Shown: piece after piece, positions 40,031-53,849 of the stretch
Position numbering within the stretch: the stretch's first letter is position 1
Layout: each line of letters opens with the position of its first letter
Source of the DNA: Octopus vulgaris
Taxonomy: Eukaryota
Assembly (NCBI GenBank): GCA_951406725.2
Contig: OX597817.1
Span: 104,222,001 to 104,286,000, forward strand
DNA: 64,000 bases
Direction of reading: 5' to 3'
Made by a program: the position numbers and the translations under genes
The notes under the pieces: model-generated
What the model saw: the letters and a program-made list of their open reading frames with translations, nothing else
Databases searched by the model: none
What the model was told of the DNA's origin: nothing

Positions 40031-40370
40031 TACATATATAATATATATACACACTTATATATATATATATATATCAAAAGGATGTATTATAATACTATTC
40101 CACAGCCATACCAACAATCCAACATACCTCCATCCTCAGCTACCCCACGGATATCATTATGGCTTCCACACCTGAGTAGTACCAATATATATATATATTA
40201 TACATTATATACATTATTAAAACCGAAACTTTAAACAATAAAACCTTCTACAATATCTTTCCATCAGAACTCACCTTGTAACCTAATTATCATTTTACAT
40301 AGCTCCATCCACACCAGAAAAAACAAATTTATTAAAGATTTTATAGAGCCAGCATAAACTTAAATATAGC

Positions 40371-40414
40371 ACAGTCCGATGAAGGGAAGCAAGCTGAAAC
40401 ATCAAAGTCACTGT
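40371..40414 (+). ncRNA. Minimal type I hammerhead-like motif with one core mutation
   Basis: ACAGT-CCGATGA-AG...CT-GAAAC-ATCAAA-GTC-ACTGT. Core CUGAUGA is changed to CCGAUGA. Confidence 0.5.
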
Positions 40415-40429
40415 TACCACTTGTGAAAA

Positions 40430-42570
40430 TGTAATATGTATGTGCTTTTGTTTTTCGTTTGAGGAGTGTGAATATAAAATTCAAGTTTGTGAGCGAAAAA
40501 TGCTTAAAGAAAAATGATTAAAGAATAAAAAAGAATTAAAAAGAATCCTTTTAAAGAATTGGAATCATTGACAGAGAGCATCAAGCTCCAATTGCATTAA
40601 AAAAATACTGAGATGTTTCGCACAAATTTTTCTCAATTGCATAAAAGTTTTAAGAGTCGTTAACCACTTAGTCACGAGGAACTCATACCTAGGAAGATAA
40701 AAAATAGTTTTGAAACCTCTTTGTTTGGGTTGGATATTAAAATTGTAGGCGAACTTTTGAATTTGTTATTAAAGAACATGTCATTAATATAGAAAAGAAC
40801 CTGTAATAATATTTGAATATCAACGCAGAATAAACGCATTCAGCTAATGGTGTGTATTGCTTGCCAGATATTGCAGTGTAGCATTTATAATGCCTAATAT
40901 TCTGGACCCATTTTCAGTTTGGTCACAGATCAAGTGCACTGAGAGCAATTGACCGAAATAGTTCGATATGTTAATATTGATTTTAAGAAGAAAACAGCTT
41001 TCATATAATAGTTTCTTCTTTGATTTATTCAGTTACAACGATGGATACTGAGAATGGTCTATGTAGTTTTTAGAACAATTTGTAGAAGACGAAATACGTT
41101 AGAAGACTGTCGGTTTCATTGCTATGGCAATACTGCAGTTATGGCTGTTTATATAAGTAATGTTAAACAGGATTAATGAAAACATTGCGAAGCTATTTTT
41201 GTAAGCTGCAATAATCATTGTGACAGTTTAGCCGGACTTCGTGTTGCTAAACATGATGCATTCTTTTTTCACTGCAATTCAGACGCTTTATTCGTTCTTG
41301 CCCTGTTCAACACCGCGTTGGTAAAAGCTGAAAGATGCTTCATCAATAGATGTCACCTCGATTTAAAACGTGATGAAATGTTAAAACAGAGACTGCAGTC
41401 AATTCATGAATTGTCTGGTATCATATTGGATTTTTTGTAGTTGATAATCGAAATCAAACTTTTTATTTCTTGGCCTTTCTTGGATTTTAGATGAAAATCT
41501 TTATTCGAATTGACTGTGTTCAAAAATACTTCCGAGATCATACTATTAGTTTTCACGATGATGCTTGCAATTTTAAGACTCGTCGAAGTTATTTTTGAAG
41601 TAGTCGAGAATAATTGACCAGTGAATCATTTGAAGCTGGCGTGAAGCTTTTATAACGCAGATATCCTTGTCTCCAACGTGGCGCTGTATGCCACTTTTAT
41701 AATGCGGACTTATACCAGGGTTATATACATATCCACATAACGGAGTAGACATCAACCGTCTCCACTTGATGCATTCCCAGATACTCTGCCAACAACTGTA
41801 ACCAATCCCAAACAACTCTCAACGAACTATAACGACTTCTCAAAAATGTCCTGTTACTCCACGAACTCAGGAACGACACCTTTCGACTTCCTGCGATTTC
41901 TCATCTCTCGCTGCTACTTATACGCTGCTACTTATACGAGTTCGGTTAGTTCATTCTCACAGGGAGTGTCATGATTCTTGCCATAACTGAAACTATGTGA
42001 AGAATGTAATATTGAAGGAGAAAGACACTCCAGAAGAAAGAAACAAACATCTGGGGAAAAGGTCAAGGATTAGCCGTTAAAGAAGAAATGATGAGAATAA
42101 CGAATCCATAATGAAATGAAAGAAAGATTTATCAGTCTTCATGTTTTGGATTCTGAATTTGGATTTCTTTTAGAAGCTAGAGTATTCCTGTTTTACTCAA
42201 ATGCAACAGCATTCATAATGTAAAAATCATAAAGGGAAATAGTCTCAACCTTGAACAGTTTTATAGTACAAATATAGACGGATTTGAGTTTTACAAATAA
42301 AAAAGAAAAAGGAAAAGGCTTGGATGGCATTCTCAGATGTTTCTGAAAAGTCATCAAAACATTTTCATGTCCAGCTGTTTCAAGTTAGTTAAAGAATTTG
42401 GTGCAGAATATGGAGCACACTTCATTAGTACCAATTTTCTAAGGAAGAAAAATTTTATTTTGCAAGGAATATAAACTTCAGAGTAACTTACTATTGCAAT
42501 TTTAATCACCAGCTGAGCACCAATTTTTCAGCAAAGTGAAACATGAAAGCTTTATTAAAAATAACCAAAA
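40430..42570 (+). mobile_element. Degenerate hAT transposase remnant, interrupted by an LTR
   Basis: EQLTEIVRYV (cf. EQLS..RYV), CRFHCYGNTAVMA (cf. CRGQ.YDNAA.M), AIFVSCNNH (cf. C..H), STPRW and a C-terminal FSKVK (hAT dimerisation-like). Confidence 0.65.
41663..41988 (-). mobile_element. Uninterrupted Gypsy-type LTR plus PBS-like site, related to the split LTR at 481-3112
   Basis: Homologous to both 481-545 and 2959-2985. Ends ...GCCACG followed by TGGAGACAAGGAT (PBS-like, 41663-41675). Confidence 0.65.
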
Positions 42571-43949
42571 TAGGTGCAAACAAGCTCTTTCTTAAGGTAG
42601 ATTTAGTTGCTATTTCTAGCATGTATTCTAATCGTGTAGAGCAGGGTTCAGGAACCACACGGTAAAAAGAAAATTCTCTTATATCCTAAGATCAAAGCAG
42701 TAATTAAGGTGCTTTCAATATCCAATAAGGCATGGACAAATTTGTATTAGCTATAAATTTTGTCTTGTGACATTAATCATGAGTCAAAAAGACATACGAC
42801 TGGATGACTTAGTTTCTGCACCTTTACTGAAGTCAATTATTATTTAGTATTTGTACTGCTCATCATCGACTCGAAAGCTCATTTGGGAACATGTGTTATT
42901 AGTTACGGACAATTAGTGTGAATTCACGTTTGTGTCTATGCTGATTCTCGTTAGGTCATTACAAATAAAGAGCAAAAATTTGCATGATGGTAACACGGTT
43001 CATTTTCTTCTTTTTATTAAATATTTTTATTAAATATATTTTTTTTTTGGTGCATATAATGTAATTCCTTTTGAACAATTAATTTTAATAAAACAACAAC
43101 AGTTCAGGGCAAAAGTTTTATCATATCTGTGGTTAATGGAAAAAAATTTTTTTCAGACAGTGCGTTTGTCATATCTGTAAAACTTAAGTTACACTTTATA
43201 AAATATACACTCTGGAACGCCACTGCTGGGCCAAGTATAAAGAATAACAAAGGATTGTGTGTTTAGACATATGAGCATTTTCAAAAAGATCTTTATGCAA
43301 GCACTGTTTTCAAGAGTCATATTAATGAAAATACTTCCGCAGGGCAAAAAAAGTTATGAGGTGCGGGAACTAATTGCAGAGAAAGGGATCTTGGAACAGA
43401 TTAAGATGATTTGTTGTGCCAATGTAAGGTTCGGTAGCAAAGGCCTTACATGTTCAAAGATGAAGTCAAGTTTTTCCCGAATACTAAAGTCTTTCCATTA
43501 CGGTCTTGGAGGATCAAAAATGATTTTGTTATCTGGTCACTAGTACATACAAAAGTTGGAAGCGAATAATCTTATTATTTTTTTTTTTATCGATATCAGG
43601 AGTTTTGAATTAAAACTGCAGTTGTCCATAACTCAACTTCAAAAAATGCCTCAACATAAAAAAAAAAAAACAGGTCCATAAAGATACTACTGAGAACAAC
43701 ATTTCCAACGTTGAAAGAACAGAATACAGAGTGTGTATGATGCAGAGTCTTTCAAATTCTGGGTCGATTTCCAAAGTGGTTTCCAGGAATATAGTCTCAT
43801 TTGCTGATTATCTGTCCGTTAAAATTACAGTTGTCAATTAATAGATTTATTTATTACATTGAAACAAAGATATTCATTTTAGGAGGCGAGACTAGGTAAC
43901 CGGTTTCATCGAACTAGTATACCGCAGACACTTGTTTTAACGCGCTAGT

Positions 43950-44130
43950 ATGTATGTATGTATGTATGTATGTATGTATGTATGTATGTATGTATGTATG
44001 TATGTATGTATGTATGTTTTGTTTTATGTATGTATTCTCATGCATATAGTTGCATGTCTAGACATGCTCAAATACAAGTTAGATGATAAATTTGTGGAAA
44101 GTTTAATCATAGGTATAAGCCTGAACTTAT
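43950..44130 (-). mobile_element. 3' UTR fragment of the (TACA)n-bearing LINE family
   Basis: Reverse complement ATGAGCATGTCTAGACATGCAACTATATGCATGAGAATAC...AAAACATAC(ATAC)n. Confidence 0.7.
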
Positions 44131-44143
44131 GTATATGTGTGTT

Positions 44144-44174
<31 letters not shown>

Positions 44175-44183
44175 ATGTGTGTG

Positions 44184-44235
<52 letters not shown>

Positions 44236-44687
44236 AATATATATATATATGTACATGCATATATGGCTACAGGATGTCACCAACGGTGCAGATAACATGA
44301 AATACGTAAACAACGAGAAGAAATGGAAAACAAGTCAAGTAAACACAGAGAAAGGACTCTTCATCAGTTGTTGGCTGTCTATCTACTCCACATTTCGAGC
44401 ATTTAACGACTCTTCAAAAACAGTTGCTCCCATAAATTCTAAAATAAAATCTAGGATTTATGGAGGATCAAATTTGGGAACAAAAAAAAATGACAGTGGA
44501 GACATACAAGGAATCCGAACGAAAACAAACATGGAAGGTCGTTAGACCAGAACGAGAGGAAAATAATGGACGATTGGAGAAACATTTTGATATATATATA
44601 TATATATCTGTAAATGTAATACGTGACAATTATTCGGTAGCCATAATATCGAGGTCGCTTTCATTCTTTTGTTGTCTTACCATTTCT

Positions 44688-44727
<40 letters not shown>

Positions 44728-44849
44728 GTATATGTATGTATGTATGTATGTGTGTATGTATGTATGTATGTATGTATGTTTGCATGTATATATATTACCG
44801 GCTTTAGGACTGGAACGCAGTCAGGCAAATTCTTCTTGACAAGTCAAAA

Positions 44850-44875
44850 GTGTGTGTGTGTGTGTGCGCGCGCGC

Positions 44876-44958
<83 letters not shown>

Positions 44959-44965
44959 TGTGTGT
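44850..44965. repeat. (TG)n-(CG)n-(CGTG)n microsatellite
   Basis: Directly visible alternating purine-pyrimidine tract. Confidence 0.95.
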
Positions 44966-45489
44966 AAATTCTTACGTATAAGTGGTTTCGATTCTCAATT
45001 TTAAAACAACACTAACACTTGAAAAAAAGGAAAAGAGATGACGTTAAATCAATCAATACAGGAAAATGACGTGACTATTGGTCAGCATGTTGACTTATTT
45101 TCATCTATAGATATAAAAATTATCAGCGCGGAAAAATGAGTCGTGCAAGTGAGATATGATAGCTAATCCATACGGTGAAAGATTGGCGGAAACAGCAGCA
45201 GAATATTTAGTGATGGAACGACGCTCTGTGCCACATATCTCTAGGCACAGAATAAATAATAAGGAACAATGACAAACAAAGTAACGGACAAGTCTTTGGG
45301 GAAAATAACTTGTTGGATATGAACTACTGGCATATTTTCAAGTTTCTGAAATTCCACATACTCATTCAAATGCAAATTAAAAGACACACATATGTAGGAT
45401 ATGATCTCATTACACTTCAAATGTGATTATTCTATTCTTTGGTTACGGACTGATTCACGACTGCCCTAATTTATTATATACACACAATC

Positions 45490-45581
<92 letters not shown>

Positions 45582-45751
45582 GTACATATATACCGGTGTA
45601 ATTGTACTAAGCAGTGTTTACGTATAATCACAATCTAAGTTAGTTGAAATATGTTTGTCACATATTTCAACTGCTAAAGGCTCTCTCTCGGGAATCTGGG
45701 ACATCGAAGTTTCGAGTTAGACTCTTGTCGATCACATGTACCTAAGAGGTG

Positions 45752-48700
45752 ATTCTTTATTACGATAAAAAAAAATATCATACATAGAGGGGAGATCACA
45801 GGACATTACAAACAAATAGTACGTTTATGAGTTCATTTTAGAAGTGTGTTTTTTTAAATATGATGATTATTAACTTCAAAATTTAACACATTTTACAAAT
45901 TTACACTTATATTTTAAGAAATTTTCAGTTTTACAACTTTTACCCTTGGTCATGGAGCCCAACGACTACAACATGCTTTTTACTAAGAATGAGATTAAGT
46001 AGGGTCATTCACATCCAACTTCCTTGCTACATCCTTCCATCTTTTCTCGAATATACTTCGCGACAGGTGTCTCCTCTCCAGCCCTATCTTGCTCTTCAGA
46101 TAATATCTGAAGTAATATAGCAACCCAAGGACAGAGATAAAAGTTTCCGTCGCAACACCTTTCATTCTAGTTCTCCATAAACACTCTTTCAACACTGCGA
46201 CTGTATATAAAAAACATACCTCACCTTCCTTTGATAGTCCGGGTGGCGGTACAATATTGATCATGGACTCAGCGGATAGCTGTACTCTTCCTTGGTGCGA
46301 CAACACGTGTTCTACGTAAATTATCAAGGCAGAAAGCTCCGGGCACTGTACAAGAGCGTGCAGAACGGCTTCATCGTCGTGTCCGCACCTTGGGCATGTC
46401 GGTAGCACAGACATTCCATTATCGTCTTGCCGCTCCAGCTGCCGAGCCCCAAGCCGATGGACTTGTCCTTGTTAATTTTTGCCCCTTCCACCACCTCGTA
46501 TCCTTTGATTGCATCCTCTACACAAGGTAGCTGATCTTCATCGGGCAGGGTGATGGTGACGTCATCCGCATATGCAGAAACAGACTTACCACTCTCCAAC
46601 CTCCGCAGCAATGGCTCATGAGCCAGTACATATAGAAGCGGAGACAGGGGACACGCTTGACGAACTGAGCGCTTGATCCCAAGTGGCACCGACAGGTAAC
46701 CGTTTATCTGGACTGCGGGTTTGATGCCGCCATAAATGGCAGTGATCCAACCACGGAAGTCTGGGCCTAGCCCAGCCGCCTCGAAGACCGCCGCCAGGTA
46801 CTGGTGGTCTACCCTATCAAAAGTTTTACTTTGGTCTAAATGGACCAGTGCCCCACCTTTACCAGATAATTTACCAACCCTGTCTAGGGTGTAGTGCAAG
46901 AGATGGAGATTGTCCTGGATTGACCTGCCTGGGATGGCGCATGTCTGCGCTCTCCCAACAAGTTTCTCCGCGACACCCGCCAGCCTTTTCGCTAGCACCT
47001 TCGCCAAACTCTTTAACTCTACATTAAGTAGACTTATGGGCCTAAAATTACTAATATGGTCTCCCTTGCTCATGTCTTTTCTGGTCAACGTCATCACTCC
47101 CCGACTCACAGAGCTGGGAATCCTCCCATTCTGCTGCCAGTTTGTGTAGACGCAGGCCAACAAGTGTCCGACCAAGTTTGGTATACTACGATAAAATTCA
47201 TAGGGCAGACTATCCAGCCCCGGCGACATGTCCCTGGAGCACTCAGCCAGCACCTCTTCAACCTCCGTAGCTGTTATAAGCCCTTCAGAACATTCCGCCT
47301 CCGTGCGAAGAGTCGCGGCCCACCGGCGAGGAAGTCCTTTAGGGACTCCCCACGGTCCATCCCGCCGCTCTCCCCGAACAACCGGGCGAAATGCTGGTGA
47401 AAAGCCTTCTGCATCTCCTCCTATACTTCAATCGTACGCCCATGTTCGTCGTTAAAGACTTGGTAGAAGCACGTCTGCCTCTCCGACTCTCCACACGACG
47501 TGCCGATCCGGCAACGTTAATACTCTCTCTCTCTCCTCACCGCACGAAACTTAGCTCTGACTCTAAACCCTTCCTCTTCGGCTTTGAGATGACGGAAAAA
47601 AACCACTTTCGTTGCCATCAATCTCGATGCAGAGCAAGATTCTATGGCCTCATTTAATTCCTTAATTAGGCTCCCTTCTATTCTAGTCTTCTCTAGACTG
47701 AGCTGTTAACTAAATCTAACAGACTCAGAACGAATGGCTCGCTTGAGGGCATGCCAACACCTATTATTAATGATGGCGCCGGTTAATACACTCAGCAATA
47801 ACTCCTTAACTCGGGCACGGACGGTTTTAGAAGTCAAAATAATAGACTTGTTCATCTTCCAGTACTCTGATCTATGCCTATGACACTTATCTAGGGTACA
47901 CCTCACGCGTCACAAACTTGTGATCCGTATAAGGGATATAACAAAAGCGTGGACAATTAACGTCTTCCTAACTCTATCCCTAACGAATATCGTATCTAAA
48001 TAAGATCTGAGTGAACCGTCGTTATTAGGCCACATCCACTGTGGAACCAGCGATTCATCCAGCCTGTATTTGTCCACTAGATTATAGCTTCCTAGGGTTT
48101 CCTCTTCTATCAGTCGAGCCAACACTATTCACCCGTGCGTCGAGAATAATGTTAAAGTCTCCTAGTACAACTAGAGATTTTGACGTCACTAAGAAGTTCT
48201 CCAGGTCCCAGAAAAAAACAGCTTGTCTACACTCCTTGGGAGCGTAGACAGCCACCAACTTGAAGGACGACTGTTTACTTACGTGTGTCACACCCAAGAC
48301 GACCAGCCTACCTTCTGGGTCCAGAAAGACTGTACTTACCTGTACGTCCAAGTTTTTCCTGAATAAGACCACTACGCCCCGCCTCCCCGTCTCCCCACCG
48401 ACTATCATCAGAGCTCACTTCAAAGCTCGAGTGTACAAAGCAACAAAAGACATTCCACCTTTGTACACTCGAGCTTTGAAGTGAACTGATGATTATTGAT
48501 AACACATCATTTCTTTCATTGAAAGATATAATTTTTTCTTGCGTCTTGGAGTGGGGTTTGGTGAAGGATTTTAACAAGGGGGTGGTGTGGTGTGTTTTTC
48601 GTATGTGTCTGTAGTATGCTTGCTTGTTTTCTTTGTATGGGGAGGAGCGTCCGTGGCTTGGGCCTTTTTTCTCTTGTGTGATGTAACCATGGTAAAATCC

Positions 48701-48790
48701 ATTTCTTCTTCTGTTACAGGAGTTGTGTCTTCTATTTTTTGTGTCTTTCCTTGTGTTTTTCTTTTGTTATTACCGTAAGGTGGGCTGCGA
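45752..48790 (-). mobile_element. L1/Tx1-like LINE, degenerate (ORF1 tail, APE endonuclease, RT, Zn finger, 3' UTR)
   Basis: APE: GRLVVL, LVAVYAP, VVLGDFN, SYLDTIFV. RT: SPGLDSLP, NFRPISLLN, LDQSKTFDRVDH, QACPLSPLLY, YADD. Zn finger CPRCGHDDEAVLHALVQC. Internal deletion between RT and Zn finger. 3' end ...CCCCTCTATG...AATAAAGAAT. Confidence 0.92.
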
Positions 48791-49079
48791 TTGGTCGAGA
48801 AAAGTCACGCGGTGTCGTGGTTTGATGTTGGTATATGGGTATCAGTTAGCTGGAAAATACCGCATGGTAAACAGGAAATTGACCACATGGAGGACAGGAA
48901 ATAGACCACGTGGCGATTAGGAAATCGGTCAGTTTATTGGGGACGAAGTAGGCATTGGGGCAAAGGCAGAGCTGGCAGTTCCAGGTGAAAATAGTGGCGC
49001 CCTGTCGACAATAGTCCACTTGATGCTGGGTATTTCATCTTAGAGAGAAGGAAGTAGAGTTCTCTTTGTCCCTGAATCT

Positions 49080-49482
49080 GAACGAATGCATATGCTGGGA
49101 GAATCTTCAACATAAACACAGAAGCAAAGGAGCTAGCCACCCGCCTTAATACAGAGGATCACGTGGACTGCCTCGCCACGCGACCCCCCCCCCCATATTA
49201 CACTCAAGGACCATAAGCCTAGCTTCCACTCCAAGCCCAAATGCAGGCTGATCAACCCCTCTAAAAGTGAGAGAAGTATTATTCTGCATGCTATCAACAC
49301 CGGTATCAGAAGAGCTACAGGGTTGACACAATGGAACTCCAGCGCAGCCGTGGTCGACTGGTTCCACAGTATCGAGAAAAAAATCAACCTGTAGATTCAC
49401 CCAGTTCGACATTGTCGACTTTTACCCTTCCATATCTGAGCCCCTCCTTCTGAAAGCCCTAACTTTTGCTAAGCAATACTTC
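49080..49482 (+). mobile_element. Penelope-like element RT fragment (Naiad-like)
   Basis: INTEAKELATRL...ITLKDHKPSFHSKPKCRLINPSKSE...QWNSSAAVVDWF...FDIVDFYPSISEPLLLKALTFA. Confidence 0.8.
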
Positions 49483-49487
49483 CTCCC

Positions 49488-50375
49488 ACTTTGAAGGGCA
49501 TGCTTTTGCAATCTAGGAACAGGAAATATCAACCAAATAATACCTGATGCACAAAAGGGACAGAGACGCAGGAAAAACAGTAATATGTGACAACCAATGC
49601 AGATTTTGTGAAGTTAACACCGAATATATCACCCACATCATAAGCAGTTGTCCGAAAATGTCATTACGTTATCATCTACTGATGAGATACGATATTATAG
49701 CTAGGACATTGTATAACTAGATCCGTCAAAAGAATAATCCCAAGGACCAAAAAATAAGAACCTACAGTATGGTGGAAGCCATAGCCACTCATTATAAAAA
49801 GGAGTACTGGTGGAATGTCCTAGTAAAAACTTCAATAAAATATAAACACAATAGACCTGATATAATGATTCGGGACAGAGAAAAGAAATTGTGTACAGTT
49901 ATGGTACAAGTCCAGGTTTATAACTAATTATTGGAGCACTGGAATATGTAATATACTGCCTAAATACCAATCTTGAGAAATTAAGGTTTCTTAGAACCAG
50001 AAAGGAGAAAGCTGATTCGAAGACTACAGATCCAAGCCATCACTGGAACTGTAAAAATTTGTAAAACTTTTCCGCACTTTATCATTTACGTATACATGAG
50101 CATGTCTAGATATGCAAGTATATACATGAAAAGACAGACATAAAGCAAAACATACAAACCTGCACGTATACATTCATACATACATACATACATACATACA
50201 TACATACATACATACATACATACATACATACATACATACATACATACATACATACATACATACATACATACATACATACATAGTTGTTGATGTCGAAATT
50301 CGAATGAAGGAGCCTTGGATCTAGGCTAGAAACGAGCCCTTTCTCTATTGGCACGAAATAAAACTGAATAAGGAC
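49488..50375 (+). mobile_element. REL-endonuclease (R4/Dong-like) LINE 3' part with (TACA)n in its 3' UTR
   Basis: CRFCEVNTEYITHIISSCP (CCHC), HNRPDIMIRD (PD motif), IIGALEY and LQIQAITGTVKICKTF. Confidence 0.8.
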
Positions 50376-51554
50376 ATATATGCATGCATAAATGCATACA
50401 TATATGCATAGATTCATACAAACTCCAAAGGTTACCTGTTCAAAGGAACGTCCGTGTTTTACACACTCACGCGCGCGCGCGCACATTTATACAGCATTAA
50501 CTGTTGTTTGGTTAAGAGACCATGCTTTATAATTTAAAATCTAAAAATCGGATGAGGACTGATCGCTTATGTTAAACATTTTCTAGATCTTAACGTTAGT
50601 GCAATTGGTACGAAGTTTGGCGATATTTGAACAAATCTTCATAAATGCAAATCCTACCTATATAAGTTTTAGGTTTCCCATTATTAAATTACATTCTCTT
50701 ACTCGTTTACTTTAGGTACGGTTTGTTACGTATGGTTGCTTATTATTGTTTATAGTTACTTCTGCCTTCCGCTTGTCCTTTTGTTGTTGTTATTTTTGGC
50801 TTGAACAGAAGCGTAAACCAAAGTGGCCGAGGAGTGGTTCACTTCGGACAGAACTGATGGGGATGGAGTATTTTGATGCATATTTTATCGTTTATCGTAT
50901 GTAAGGAGAAACTTAAGTCGCGCTGGCACGAATTTTAACTGCGCTGATAGATATGAATAAAGATGGATGCCGCATGGACTTCGCTTGTCGTTTGAAATCA
51001 GTGAAATCGACGTAGATAACATTCGAACAATTAAGAATCGGCAGTTTCAGGAAATACATGTGCAAGGTGAGTTCTCGAGAAGATTGTAGTTTTGTGGTTT
51101 CAGACAATTTCAATCTCGGTTTCAATCATTATTTTAGTTATACAGTTTGTGGATTTTACTGTTTAGGGCTACTGCTTTAAACTATTAAACTCACCAAGAA
51201 CCAGCATCTGTTATTAATTAATTAGACTGACACGTTGCCTAAACAAGCCACACGTTGTTGTCTATAAAATTTTAAAAATTTAAAAAGTACGAGCGCCGCA
51301 TTGGTCAGTATAGTCCTACATATAGGATAGTCATAACTGAAACGCATTTGATAAGTCTGTTGGTTCAGAGCTTGATTTAGTATCTGGTTGGTATTTGTAA
51401 GGAATATAATGCAACAGATTTGTAGCAACAGATTGTTGATTTAATTGACATCATTGTTTCTTTAATTAACTAATTAGATTGCAAATATGTGCCTTTTGAA
51501 ATAGAAGTATCATGCATAAACAGTCTGTATAGCCATATTTGCTGATTACTATAT

Positions 51555-51948
51555 TTTATCTTTTATCTTTTACTTGTTTCACTCATCAGACTGCAGTCAT
51601 GCTGGAGCACCGCCTTGAATAATTTTTAGTCGAAGGAATCGATCCCAGTACTTATTTCTTAGTTAAGCCTGGCACTTATGCTATTAGTCTTTTTTGCCGA
51701 ACCGCTAAATTACAGGGACGTAAACGCAACAACAACGGTTGTCAAACGCTTTAGGGGTGGAAAAATACAGACACAAAGACATACACACACACATATGACG
51801 GGTTTCTTTCAGTTTCCGTCAACCAAATCCACTCATGGGGCTTTGGACGGCCCGAGGCTATAGTAGAAGACACTTGCCCAAGGTGCCACGCAGCGGGACT
51901 GAAACCGGAACCATGTGGTTGAGAAGCAGGCTTCTTACCACACAGCTA
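51555..51948 (-). mobile_element. SINE family B, full-length
   Basis: Reverse complement of the family B consensus including its tail. Confidence 0.9.
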
Positions 51949-52056
51949 CGATCGACTTCATAAAATGCTGCCAAAAGGGATCGTTCTACGATGATATTAG
52001 ATACTATCTTGTAGAGATAAAAACGAATGGCCAAACAAAAACTTCAAAAATAGATT

Positions 52057-52300
52057 TAATCCTTTAGTATTTAAACTGGTCATATCTGACCATAATATTT
52101 TCCCTGTTTGGTGCTGAAACTAACTAGATTTGGCCTCTCATACCTGCCCTACAATATATTTCTAATAATAAAACAAATACATAAATGAAATCTTGAACCT
52201 ATAAGATAATGCATGGTTAATTCAAAACAAGTAGGAAAATAAGCATTACATTACATGTAAGTAAATAAGCATTACATTTGACAGAATAACCTAAAAGTTA
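52057..52300. mobile_element. piggyBac-like MITE (tentative)
   Basis: Starts TTAATCCTTTAG and ends CTAAAAGTTAA, i.e. TTAA sites with degenerate short TIRs. Confidence 0.4.
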
Positions 52301-52764
52301 AGAGCCCAGTTTTAGACAGAGCTTGGTCTAACAGGTACTCTGTACTGCAATTGGTAGTTCGCCACGTGGTAGACATATGACTCGAGTTATGTGAGTATGC
52401 CTATTCCTTCTTTTTTCCTGTCTCTAATTAATGTTTTAAATGACTAACATAATTTCACATTGAAGATGGTAGCTAATTGAATCATAATCATCCTACAGAT
52501 TTGGAACTATATTCAAAGTTATTATCTTTTAAATAATCAAATTTCTCCATCACCACTCTCCAGTATGTTACGGTTTCAATACATTTTCAATGAATGTACG
52601 GTTCTTTTTTTCTTTTTCTTTTTTATTTTATTTCACATAAATTAGATTAACAGAGTAAAAGTCTATTTTGATTATTAATATATGAAAACAATGTAAAATT
52701 TCATTTTCTTCACTTGCTTGTACATCGGGGACTCGATGTTCATGAACCGTTAAAACTTACAACG

Positions 52765-52807
<43 letters not shown>

Positions 52808-53849
52808 AGCGTGCGTGCGTGTGTGTGTGCGCGCGTGTGTGCGCGTGTGTGCGCGCGCGTGTCTGAGCATTTCGTACTGTTGAATTACATGGTGTATTTT
52901 ATATGTCATGGTCAACATTCATAGTTCTTTGGAACATGTCAATGTGGAATTTCCTGAAAAATTTTAACTCCTCTTGTCAATATCCGACTGCCAAAACTTT
53001 CTTACTTTCCTAATTTCTATTTCCACTCCAAAAATATTATAATAATAATTTATAACGACGTAAGTCGTAGAAGGACAATTGTACCGAATTTCCTGAATAT
53101 CTCACTTAACCAAATTATAACTTGATTTCAATGATTTACGACATGGAAGTTCTAGTTACTCAGACCCTCTGATAGCATGGAGGGACATATCCGCCGACTA
53201 CACATTCATGTAGTAGTATTTTTTAATCGAGTCAGTATTTTCTGACTTTCTTGGATCGCTACATAAGCATTTCATATTTGTCTTGTGAAATAACACCCAT
53301 ATCCAGGTTATTTAAATGTTGCATTCCCTTGTATTAGTAGTTCACCTCTGCAATTTTGAAAACATTTTTTTTTTGTTCACCTAGTGCATAATTGTTCCTT
53401 CCTGAACCAGTAAAAGAGCTTTTATGTGGTCATTCAGCCTACTAGAAACAGCAGCCAAGTCTCCCTCAAATTATGTTTTAAACTTTCCGTAGTCATACTT
53501 CCTATGTATTTCTATTAATTTGAAATAATCAAGAATTCAGTTGTAATTAGCTAAATAACCAATTTATGTATTCATTCCGAATTAAGCTTGTTTGTAATAT
53601 AATGGAATTTTTTTGCACAAACTATATTTGAAGGTTTAAATTGAATAACTACACTTTAAAACTGGTAGGATTTCTTTAATCATAGTACCGGAGGTGGTCT
53701 CTGGTACTTGGTTTTAAAATAGTGGAACCTTTATTTAGAAGGAACTAGCTTATAACAGCATTAAAAATATAAAAGAGAAAATTGTAATTTATGTCCTTAG
53801 TTTCAATCTTTTTAGAATCTCTTTTATTGCTCTACCAACAAATCTGTAA

